From Phaeosaccion multiseriatum (taxonomy: Eukaryota; Protista; Ochrophyta, other classes), in NCBI GenBank assembly GCA_965112735.1, contig OZ218950.1, positions 5,394,001 to 5,458,000 on the forward strand: DNA of 64,000 nucleotides, in the 5' to 3' direction. The position numbers and the translations under genes were made by a program. Below are positions 51,871 to 62,154 of this stretch, piece after piece. A model generated the notes under the pieces. The model saw only the letters and a list, made by a program, of their open reading frames with translations. It did no database searches and was not told where the DNA came from. How positions within the stretch are numbered: position 1 is the first letter of the stretch; each line of letters opens with the position of its first letter.

Positions 51871-52479
51871 ATGTCAAACTATCAGGTAGGGCACTCGTTT
51901 CGCTGGGCAGTGCTGCTTGCTTTTTTTTTCTTCCGTTCTTTTTTTTCTTTTTCTCTACAACTGAGCTGTGCCGCCTACTGCTGATGGTAGGAAAACCACG
52001 CGGCAGCCCGCGTTCCCATCATGGCTTTGACTGACGTGTGCGTGCCCTGCTGCCCCGCCACCTCACCCAGACTCCCGAAAGCAAAAAGGAGGAGTTCAGA
52101 AAGTACCTGGACAAGAGTGGAGTCATTGATGCTCTGACCAAGGTATTAGTCGGCCTCTACGAGGAGCCGGAGCGCCCACCTAATGCAGTAGACTACATTA
52201 AGAGGTACATGGGCGCGCCAACGGGTGTGGACGTGCAAGCGATGAGGCTACAGAATGAGCAGCTGATCAAGGCAAACGATGAGCTAAAGGAGCAGGTGTC
52301 CGATCTTAACAACAAGGTGAGCGGCGCGTGCGCATGGGAAGGCTTAGTTCCATTGTTGCATTGCTGCCCTATCTTCTCATCGTAGGCTCATCGTACTGAC
52401 GGGCTCGTGTCTTTCTGCTTCCCGTTGTTCATCGCCTGCCGCGCCGCCTCCGCAGCTTAAGGCCGAAGACGAAGACTGA
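51871..52479 (+). CDS. MYCBP: MYCBP/AMY-1 (c-Myc-binding protein family; also an axonemal radial-spoke-associated protein)
   Basis: Spliced MSNYQ|TPESKKEEFRKYLDKSGVIDALTKVLVGLYEEPERPPNAVDYI...NNK|LKAEDED*. Confidence 0.9.
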
Positions 52480-53004
52480 ACCAGGCAGGGGCCCGCCCAT
52501 CTATTCACATCATGTTCATATCTACCCATTACACTACTAGTGTCCGCGCAGCGCCTTCTTCGTGGCGGTCGTAAGGCGCCTCTGGCCCCCCAACGAACCC
52601 ACGCTCACGACTATAATACAAACCATTTGTATTGCAAAGGACATCTGTCCGCAACATATTTTTGAGCATGAGGACATGTATGAAGTGACTTCAGTCTCTC
52701 CAAGGGAATGGAACGTGCGCCTGCCAGATGGGAGGAGGGTATGTGGCGGGGGGGGGGGGGGGACAGGAGAGGAGAGTGGCTGGTGGGCACGAAAGGAAAG
52801 AAGAAACACGAGAGCAGAAGAGAACACAGCGGGGAGGAGAGGAGAGGAGAGTGGGTGGTTAGTGACAGGGGGGGGGATGGGGTGTTTGAGAGGGAGTGTT
52901 GTGTTTGCTGTTTGTCGCTTCAGAGCGTTCGTTGCATATGGCAAGGCGTGCGCTGCGACTGCTTACGCTGATTATGCCCCTGTCTCTTCCCTTCTCTACA
53001 TCTT

Positions 53005-55716
53005 CTCTCTCTGTCTCTCTCTCCACCCACCGAGTTTACTAATTCCCACTCCCCAACCACACGTCCGCTGAAGAATGTCGACGCCCGTCTGTCTGTCCAC
53101 AAGCGTCGCTTCCCTTCTCTCTATCCCTAGAGGGCTGTGAGGATTCGTGTTCTCCGACAGATAAACTTACCCAAAAGTATGGAGACGCCATGATGCGTGC
53201 TCTGGTCTTGCAATCCTACCTCTCAAACCCAAAACTTCCAGTTCCCTTTATCTCCCTTCCCCCTCTCTCATACACACCCTAAAGCCTCCCTCCCTCCGTC
53301 CCTCCGTCCCTCCCTCCCTCCGTCCCTCCGTCCCTCCCTCCGTCCCTCCCTCCGTCCCTCCGTCCCTCCCTCCGTCCCACCCTCCCTCCGTCCCTCCCCC
53401 TCCCCCTCCCTGCCTCCCTCCCTGCCTCCCTCCCTCCCTCCCTCCCTCCCTCCCTCCCTCCCTCCCGCCCTCCCTCCCTCCGTCCCTCCGTCCCTCCGTC
53501 CCTCCGTCCCTCCGTCCCTCCCTCCCTCCCTCCCTCCCTCCCTCCCTCCGTCCCTCCCTCCCTCCCTCCCTCCCTCCCTCCCTCCCTCCCTCCCTCCCTC
53601 CCTCCCTCCCTCCCTCCCTCCCTCCCTCCCTCCCTTCCTCCCACCCTCTCTCTCTGTCTCACTCTCCACCCGCACCGAGTTTACTAATTCCCAATCCACA
53701 ACCACACGTCCGCTGAAGAATGTCGACGCCCGTCTGTCTGTCCACAAGCGTCACTTCCCTTCTCTCTATCCCTAGAGGGCTGTGAGGTTTCGTGTTCTCC
53801 GACAGATAAACTTACCCAAAAGTATGGAGACGCCGTGATGCCTGCTCTGGTCTTGCAATACTATTTCTCAAACCCCAAAACTTCCAGGTCCCTTTATCTC
53901 CCTTCCCCCTCTCTCATACACACCCAAAAGCCTCCCTCCCTCCGTCCCTCCGCCCCTCCCTCCCTCCGTCCCTCCGCCCCTCCCTCCCTCCCTCCGTCCC
54001 TCCCTCTCACCCTCCCTCCGTCCCTCCGCCCCTCCCTCCCTCCGTCCCTCCGCCCCTCCCTCCCTCCGTCCCTCCGCCCCTCCCTCCCTCCCTCCGTCCC
54101 TCCCTCCGCCCCTCCCTCCCTCCGTCCCTCCGCCCCTCCCTCCCTCCCTCCGTCCCTCCCTCTCTCCCTCCCTCCGTCCCTCCGCCCCTCCCTCCCTCCG
54201 TCCCTCCGCCCCTCCCTCCCTCCCCCTCCCTCCCTCCCTCCGTCCCTCCCTCCCTCCCTCCCTCCCTCCCTCCCTCCCTCCCTCCCTCCCTCCCTCCCTC
54301 CCTCCCTCCCTCCCTCCCTCCCTCCCTCCCTCCCTCCCTCCCTCCCTCCCTCCCTCCCTCCCTCCCTCCCTCCCTCCCTCCCTCCCTCCCTCCCTCCCTC
54401 CCTCCCTCCCTCCCTCCCTCCCTCCCTCCCTCCCTCCCTCCCTCCCTCCCTCCCTCCCTCCCTCCCTCCCTCCCTCCCTCCCTCCCTCCCTCCCTCCCTC
54501 CCTCCCTCCCTCCCTCCCTCCCTCCCTCCCTCCCTCCCTCCCTCCCTCCCTCCCTCCCTCCCTCCCTCCCTCCCTCCCTCCCTCCCTCCCTCCCTCCCTC
54601 CCTCCCTCCCTCCCTCCCTCCCTCCCTCCCTCCCTCCCTCCCTCCCTCCCTCCCTCCCTCCCTCCCTCCCTCCCTCCCTCCCTCCCTCCCTCCCTCCCTC
54701 CCTCCCTCCCTCCCTCCCTCCCTCCCTCCCTCCCTCCCTCCCTCCCTCCCTCCCTCCCTCCCTCCCTCCCTCCCTCCCTCCCTCCCTCCCTCCCTCCCTC
54801 CCTCCCTCTCTCTCTGTCTCACTCTCCACCCACCGAGTTTACGAATTCCCACTCCTCAACCACACGTCCGCTGAAGAATGTCGACGCCCGTCTGTCTGTC
54901 CACAAGCGTCACTTCCCTTCTCTCTATCCCTAGAGGGCTGTGAGGTTTCGTGTTCTCCGACAGATAAACTTACCCAAAAGTATGGAGACGCCGTGATGCC
55001 TGCTCTGGTCTTGCAATACTATTTCTCAAACCCCAAAACTTCCAGTTCCCTTTATCTCCCTTCCCCCTCTCTCATACACACCCAAAAGCCTCCCTCCCTC
55101 CGTCCCTCCGCCCCTCCCTCCGTCCCTCCCTCCCTCCCTCCCTCCCTCCCTCCCTCCCTCCCTCCCTCCCTCCCTCCCTCCCTCCCTCCCTCCCTCCCTC
55201 CCTCCCTCCCTCCCTCCCTCCCTCCCTCCCTCCCTCCCTCCCTCCCTCCCTCCCTCCCTCCCTCCCTCCCTCCCTCCCTCCCTCCCTCCCTCCCTCCCTC
55301 CCTCCCTCCCTCCCTCCCTCCCTCCCTCCCTCCCTCCCTCCCTCCCTCCCTCTCTGTCTCACTCTCCACCCACCGAGTTTACGAATTCCCACTCCTCAAC
55401 CACACGTCCACTGAAGAATGTCGACGCCCGTCTGTCTGTCCACAAGCGTCACTTCCCTTCTCTCTATCCATAGAGGGCTGTGAGGTTTCGCGTTCTCCGA
55501 CAGATAAACTTACCCAAAAGTATGGAGACGCCGAGATGCGTGCTCTGATCTTGCAATACTATCTCTCAAACCCTAAAACTTCCAGTTCGCTTCATCTCCC
55601 TTCCGCCTCTCTCATACACACCCCAAAGCCTCCCTCCCTCCGTCCCTCCCTCCCTCCCTCCGTCCCTCCCTCCGTCCCTCCCTCCCTCCCTTCGTCCCTC
55701 CCTCCCTCCCTCCCTC
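53005..55716. repeat. Compound tandem repeat: four copies of a ~280-bp unit, each followed by a (CCCT)n tract
   Basis: The unit (..CACACGTCCGCTGAAGAATGTCGACGCCCGTC..GATAAACTTACCCAAAAGTATGGAGACGCC..) recurs near 53005, 53646, 54806 and 55351. The CCCT tracts are about 360, 875, 260 and 90 bp. Confidence 0.95.
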
Positions 55717-56390
55717 CAGCGGATGAGCCACCAAAGATGAGGGGTCAGTCTCACACGCCTAAGTCAAACCAACAAGCAGGGGATCGTATCCTATATATAT
55801 GTATAGAGCGTGTATATTAGCTTTCCTCCTGCGACTCAACCGCTCATGCTAGACTAGCTCTCTCCAGATGGCGACTACAGCCTACAGACCGGATTTCAAC
55901 ATGTCAAGAACCTTTGAGTCTCCACACGGAGTCCCGGAAGTTCTTCTCTCGGAGTGGATGACTTGAAGGAGAAACTGGTGTGAGGTATATTATAGTATTA
56001 TTATGTCAGCGGGAGTGATTTTCAGAGGAGGAGGAGCCCTGCTAGCTGTTCGCACCGCCTGCTATCGAGATTGAAGGAGATTGACAGCAGGTGCGGTGGT
56101 GAGCAAGAGCAGCAGAGAGGAGAGAAGTAGAGAAATGACGTTGTGTGAGAGAACGGGTAGCAGGTATTATTGGGCCCACTGCCATCTCTCATATGGGGTG
56201 GGGGCGATGCTTTGTGCTGACTTGCATGTCGCTATAACGGTCGCGGACGCAAGAGTTGCTCTCCTCGCTAACGGTTGCGCGGCTAGCGCTACGCATAATA
56301 GCATGGAACGGAGGTTATGTACTACATTACAGCCTTACGTCCGACATCTAAAGACCTCATTTGGCACGTTAGCTTTCCTCGCCAGTGAAA

Positions 56391-56571
56391 TTTCGCGCCG
56401 TCGCGGCGCTCGGGCCAAGGTGGGAAGCCACTGGGAGGCCTCCTCCCTCGAATCGTAGGCGAGGGCCAGGGACATATCAATGTCCAACTGCTACTCCAAG
56501 GCGTTGCAGCGCATGCTGAAGGCTGTCTACATCCACGCCGTCACCGCGGCTGCAAGGGGCCAATTGGAATA
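56391..56571. repeat. Diverged copy (X') of segment 61368-61542
   Basis: TTTCGCGCCGTC.CGGCGCTCGGGC.AAGGTGGG.AGCCA...GAGGCCTCCTCCCT...TCGTAGGCGAGGGCC...CTCCAAGGCGT...ACATCCACGCCGT is shared with 61368-61542; roughly three-quarters identical by eye. Confidence 0.85.
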
Positions 56572-56639
56572 CGCCGGCACCTGCTATAGTATAGCCAGCT
56601 TCCGTGGCTACGCTGCGGAAGCAGCGATACGCAAGCGAT

Positions 56640-59600
56640 GGCCTAGATTGGAGGTTTAGGCCTGCGGAGGCCCCATTTGCCGCGTGCTTGGCCATCACAC
56701 GCGTCACTGTGCACAACACGTGCTCGGCGACGGTCTGCCGTGCCTAGCTTACCCCTCATTCGGGCTGCTGGTGGCCTCAAATGTGCCTCGTGTTGCCAGA
56801 ACAGGGCCAGATTGGGCGTGTGGGGCCTGCCGAGGCCCCATTTGCCGCATGCTTGGCCATCACACGCGTCACTGTGCACAACCCGTGCTCGGCGACGGTC
56901 TGCCGTGCCCAGCTTACCCCTCATTCGGGCTGCTGGTGGCCTCAAATGTGCCTCGTGTTGCCAGAACAGGGCCAGATTGGGCGTGTGGGGCCTGCCGAGG
57001 CCCAACTTGCCGCATGCTTGGCCATCACACGCCTCACTGTGCACAACCCGTGCTCGGCGACGGTCTGCCGTGCCCAGCTTACCCCTCATTCGGGCTGCTG
57101 GGTGGCCTCAAATGCGCCTCGTGTTGCCAGAACAGGGCCAGATTGGGCGTGTGAGGCCTGCGGAGGCGATATCTGCCGCATGCTTGGCCATCACACGCGT
57201 CATTGTACACAACCCGTGCTCGGCGACAGTCTGCCGTGCCCAGCTTACCCCTCATTCGGGCTGCTGGTGGCCTCAACATGCGCCTCGTGTTGCCAGAACA
57301 GGGCCAGATTGGGCGTGTGAGGCCTGCGGAGGCGATATCTGCCGCATGCTTGGCCATCACACGCGTCACTGTGCACAACCCGTGCTCGGCGACGGTCTGC
57401 CGTGCCCAGCTTACTCCTCATTCGGGCTGCTGGTGGCCTCAACATGCGCCTCGTGTTGCCAGAACAGGGCCAGATTGGGCGTGTGGGGCCTGCCGAGGCC
57501 CCATTTGCCGCATGCTTGGCCATCACACGCGTCATTGTACACAACCCGTGCTCGGCGACAGTCTGCCGTGCCCAGCTTACCCCTCATTCGGGCTGCTGGT
57601 GGCCTCAACATGCGCCTCGTGTTGCCAGAACAGGGCCAGATTGGGCGTGTGAGGCCTGCGGAGGCGATATCTGCCGCATGCTTGGCCATCACACGCGTCA
57701 CTGTGCACAACCCGTGCTCGGCGACGGTCTGCCGTGCCCAGCTTACCCCTCATTCGGGCTGCTGGTGGCCTCAAATGTGCCTCGTGTTGCCAGAACAGGG
57801 CCAGATTGGGCGTGTGAGGCCTGCGGAGGCGATATCTGCCGCATGCTTGGCCATCACACGCGTCACTGTTCACAACCCGTGCTCGGCGACGGTCTGCCGT
57901 GCCCAGCTTACCCCTCATTCGGGCTGCTGGTGGCCTCAACATGCGCCTCGTGTTGCCAGAACAGGGCCAGATTGGGCGTGTGGGGCCTGCCGAGGCCCCA
58001 TTTGCCGCATGCTTGGCCATCACACGCGTCATTGTACACAACCCGTGCTCGGCGACAGTCTGCCGTGCCCAGCTTACCCCTCATTCGGGCTGCTGGTGGC
58101 CTCAACATGCGCCTCGTGTTGCCAGAACAGGGCCAGATTGGGCGTGTGAGGCCTGCGGAGGCGATATCTGCCGCATGCTTGGCCATCACACGCGTCACTG
58201 TGCACAACCCGTGCTCGGCGACGGTCTGCCGTGCCCAGCTTACCCCTCATTCGGGCTGCTGGTGGCCTCAAATGTGCCTCGTGTTGCCAGAACAGGGCCA
58301 GATTGGGCGTGTGAGGCCTGCGGAGGCGATATCTGCCGCATGCTTGGCCATCACACGCATCACTGTGCACAACCCGTGCTCGGCGACGGTCTGCCGTGCC
58401 CAGCTTACTCCTCATTCGGGCTGCTGGTGGCCTCAACATGCGCCTCGTGTTGCCAGAACAGGGCCAGATTGGGCGTGTGAGGCCTGCGGAGGCGATATCT
58501 GCCGCATGCTTGGCCATCACACGCGTCATTGTGCACAACCCGTGCTCGGCGACGGTCTGCCGTGCCCAGCTTACCCCTCATTCGGGCTGCTGGTGGCCTC
58601 AAATGTGCCTCGTGTTGCCAGAACAGGGCCAGATTGGGCGTGTGGGGCCTGCCGAGGCCCCATTTGCCGCATGCTTGGCCATCACACGCGTCACTGTGCA
58701 CAACCCGTGCTCGGCGACGGTCTGCCGTGCCCAGCTTACCCCTCATTCGGGCTGCTGGGTGGCCTCAAATGCGCCTCGTGTTGCCAGAACAGGGCCAGAT
58801 TGGGCGTGTGAGGCCTGCGGAGGCGATATCTGCCGCATGCTTGGCCATCACACGCATCACTGTGCACAACCCGTGCTCGGCGACGGTCTGCCGTGCCCAG
58901 CTTACTCCTCATTCGGGCTGCTGGTGGCCTCAACATGCGCCTCGTGTTGCCAGAACAGGGCCAGATTGGGCGTGTGAGGCCTGCGGAGGCGATATCTGCC
59001 GCATGCTTGGCCATCACACGCGTCATTGTACACAACCCGTGCTCGGCGACAGTCTGCCGTGCCCAGCTTACCCCTCATTCGGGCTGCTGGTGGCCTCAAA
59101 TGCGCCTCGTGTTGCCAGAACAGGGCCAGATTGGGCGTGTGAGGCCTGCGGAGGCGATATCTGCCGCATGCTTGGCCATCACACGCGTCACTGTGCACAA
59201 CCCGTGCTCGGCGACGGTCTGCCGTGCCCAGCTTACTCCTCATTCGGGCTGCTGGTGGCCTCAACATGCGCCTCGTGTTGCCAGAACAGGGCCAGATTGG
59301 GCGTGTGAGGCCTGCGGAGGCCCCACTTGCCGCATGCTTGGCCATCACACGCGTCACTGTGCACAACCTGTTCTCGGCGACGGTCTGCCGTGCCCAGTTT
59401 ACCCCTCATTCGGGCTGCTGGTGGCCTCAAATGCGCCTCGTGTTGCCAGAACAGGGCCAGATTGGGCGTGTGAGGCCTGCGGAGGCGATATCTGCCGCAT
59501 GCTTGGCCATCACACGCGTCACTGTTCACAACCCGTGCTCGGCGACGGTCTGCCGTGCCCAGCTTACCCCTCATTCGGGCTGCTGGTGGCCTCAAATGCG

Positions 59601-60791
59601 CCTCGTGTTGCCAGAACAGGGCCAGATTGGGCGTGTGGGGCCTGCCGAGGCCCCATTTGCCGCATGCTTGGCCATCACACGCGTCATTGTACACAACCCG
59701 TGCTCGGCGACGGTCTGCCGTGCCCAGCTTACCCCTCATTCGGGCTGCTGGTGGCCTCAACATGCGCCTCGTGTTGCCAGAACAGGGCCAGATTGGGCGT
59801 GTGAGGCCTGCGGAGGCGATATCTGCCGCATGCTTGGCCATCACACGCGTCACTGTGCACAACCCGTGCTCGGCGACGGTCTGCCGTGCCCAGCTTACCC
59901 CTCATTCGGGCTGCTGGTGGCCTCAAATGTGCCTCGTGTTGCCAGAACAGGGCCAGATTGGGCGTGTGGGGCCTGCCGAGGCCCCATTTGCCGCATGCTT
60001 GGCCATCACACGCGTCATTGTACACAACCCGTGCTCGGCGACGGTCTGCCGTGCCCAGCTTACCCCTCATTCGGGCTGCTGGTGGCCTCAACATGCGCCT
60101 CGTGTTGCCAGAACAGGGCCAGATTGGGCGTGTGAGGCCTGCGGAGGCGATATCTGCCGCATGCTTGGCCATCACACGCGTCACTGTGCACAACCCGTGC
60201 TCGGCGACGGTCTGCCGTGCCCAGCTTACCCCTCATTCGGGCTGCTGGTGGCCTCAAATGTGCCTCGTGTTGCCAGAACAGGGCCAGATTGGGCGTGTGA
60301 GGCCTGCGGAGGCGATATCTGCCGCATGCTTGGCCATCACACGCATCACTGTGCACAACCCGTGCTCGGCGACGGTCTGCCGTGCCCAGCTTACTCCTCA
60401 TTCGGGCTGCTGGTGGCCTCAACATGCGCCTCGTGTTGCCAGAACAGGGCCAGATTGGGCGTGTGAGGCCTGCGGAGGCGATATCTGCCGCATGCTTGGC
60501 CATCACACGCGTCATTGTGCACAACCCGTGCTCGGCGACGGTCTGCCGTGCCCAGCTTACCCCTCATTCGGGCTGCTGGTGGCCTCAAATGTGCCTCGTG
60601 TTGCCAGAACAGGGCCAGATTGGGCGTGTGGGGCCTGCCGAGGCCCCATTTGCCGCATGCTTGGCCATCACACGCGTCACTGTGCACAACCCGTGCTCGG
60701 CGACGGTCTGCCGTGCCCAGCTTACCCCTCATTCGGGCTGCTGGTGGCCTCAAATGTGCCTCGTGTTGCCAGAACAGGGCCAGATTGGGCG
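56640..60791. repeat. Satellite array of 25 monomers of 165/166 bp
   Basis: GGCCAGATTGGGCGTGTG recurs every 165-166 bp; monomers differ at only about six recurrent sites. Confidence 0.98.
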
Positions 60792-60793
60792 GA

Positions 60794-60844
60794 TGTAGTG
60801 GAGCTTGGGGTGCCACCGCAGTGAGCACCCCAAGTCCCGCTTCA
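60794..60844 (-). mobile_element. Truncated LTR-like terminus (LTR1; last ~50 bp only)
   Basis: Essentially identical to 61730-61779 (TGTAGTGGAGCTTGGGGTGCCACCGCAGTGAGCACCCCAAGTCCCGCT). On the minus strand it is preceded by GGGGG and followed by TCCG. Confidence 0.6.
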
Positions 60845-61729
60845 CCCCCATAATGTATGAGTATCTAAAACTAAAACTAAGACTGAGGGTGGGTGGGTGG
60901 GAAAGAAAAGAAGAGTTCCGGCACTCAACACCGTGGACACTGTCGGCACTCAACACCAGACACAGTCTCCCTATCTCTCCTTCCCTCGCCCACGAGGACC
61001 CCGGCACTCAACACCAGGCGGGTCCCCTTGGCCGACACAAGCGCTCTGTCCGGGCCCAGGACAAGAGGCTCGCTTTCCACCACACCAGTATCTACTCTCC
61101 TCCTTGACAGTGTGCTCCACTCTTCCTGGGCTCTGTCTCCGCCGCCTCAGTAAGTGACAGCGCACGCCAAGGTCTCTCCTCTTCTGAAAAATCTAAATTC
61201 CCTGCTTCACTGACATACTGTACATCTCCCCAGAGGGGACCCCCCCCCTTGGGGCGGTACCAAGCACCTACGCTGACGCTTCGCCCTGCTGGCTCCCATG
61301 TCTCCCACCTCTTCCTCGTCTCTGTTCCGCGAGAAACAAAGTTCCGTTGCTGCGCTGCTGAACAGGCTTTCGCGCCGTCACGGCGCTCGGGCGAAGGTGG
61401 GGAGCCAGTGAGAGGCCTCCTCCCTTCAGTCGTAGGCGAGGGCCCGGGAGATGTCCGACTCCCGCTCCAAGGCGTCGCAGTATGCAGGCTGAGGGCTATC
61501 CACATCCACGCCGTAGCCGGCTGTTCGAGGCCAAGAGGAATAGGGCTGGACTCCCAGGTGGCCACCTGCTCCGCAGGTGGAGAGGTCGTGGACCAGGGGT
61601 AGCTAACGTTGGGGGAAGGACTCATCATTAGTAGGGGGGGGCAGTCCCGTGAGGGACTCCCACCTTGGGAGCGCAGAGCGCCTCCAAGGGGGCCGCCTCC
61701 ATGGAGGGAGGCGGGCACCGGGTTTCGGA

Positions 61730-62154
61730 TGTAGTGGAGCTTGGGGTGCCACCGCAGTGAGCACCCCAAGTCCCGCTCACCCCCACCCATCCGAGTACCC
61801 ACCGGTGCGCTGCGAGGGTGCAGCAGCACCTGCCCCAGCCTAGTCGAGAGCCCACTCTCCCGATCGTAGTCGGCCGGTACACAAAACACAAAGATACACA
61901 AACATTCATACGCACACAGACATAATAATACACATACAGGGGCAACAGTAGACGCAGACGCACACCAGTACACACACACATATAAACACCCGCCGCGTGT
62001 ACCGGTGTAGGGCTGCTGGTGTTGTTGCCAAGGGCTGCGCTCCCCGCTGCTGGGGGAGGAATGATGGCGAGGGAGGAGCCGCTGGTGTCGCCACGGGCAG
62101 AGTCCGTGTCCTTTGAAGAGGTCCCTTCGCACGCCCCCTGCTGACCATCACACA
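61730..62154 (-). mobile_element. LTR-like repeat (LTR2, ~425 bp) of a non-autonomous retroelement
   Basis: Minus strand: CCCAAGCGAGTGGGGGG|TGTG ... CTACA|TCCGA, i.e. a G-run, TG...CA termini and a GT-rich interior. Homologous to 63276-63869. Confidence 0.6.

Noticed and set aside
53161-53215. U1 snRNA-like start (ACTTACC...GGAGA..CCATGAT...TGGT) in the 280-bp unit
   Set aside because: It lacks the U1-70K loop GATCACGAAG, the later stems and the Sm site.
53197-55820. Long PPSL/GGRE ORFs
   Set aside because: Translations of (CCCT)n.
56161-56178. Copia-type half-tRNA primer site (CA-GGTATTATTGGGCCCA)
   Set aside because: It needs indels to match GGTTATGGGCCCA, and there is no partner LTR or gag behind it.
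56640-60791. CRISPR array or coding repeat (many 55-aa-repeat ORFs)
   Set aside because: There are no unique spacers, and frequent 166-bp monomers shift the frame, so the ORFs are by-products.
56640-60791. 5S rRNA, tRNA-like cloverleaf or HDV ribozyme in the monomer
   Set aside because: Only superficial matches (GGCCAT; CGAATG; three hairpins). There are no pol III boxes, the HDV P1/P1.1 helices cannot form, and the variants are not compensatory.
61619-61660. Hammerhead ribozyme (GTCCC-GTGA-GGGAC; TGATGAGTCC on the minus strand)
   Set aside because: The CTGATGA and GAAA core elements do not flank the stem on the same strand.
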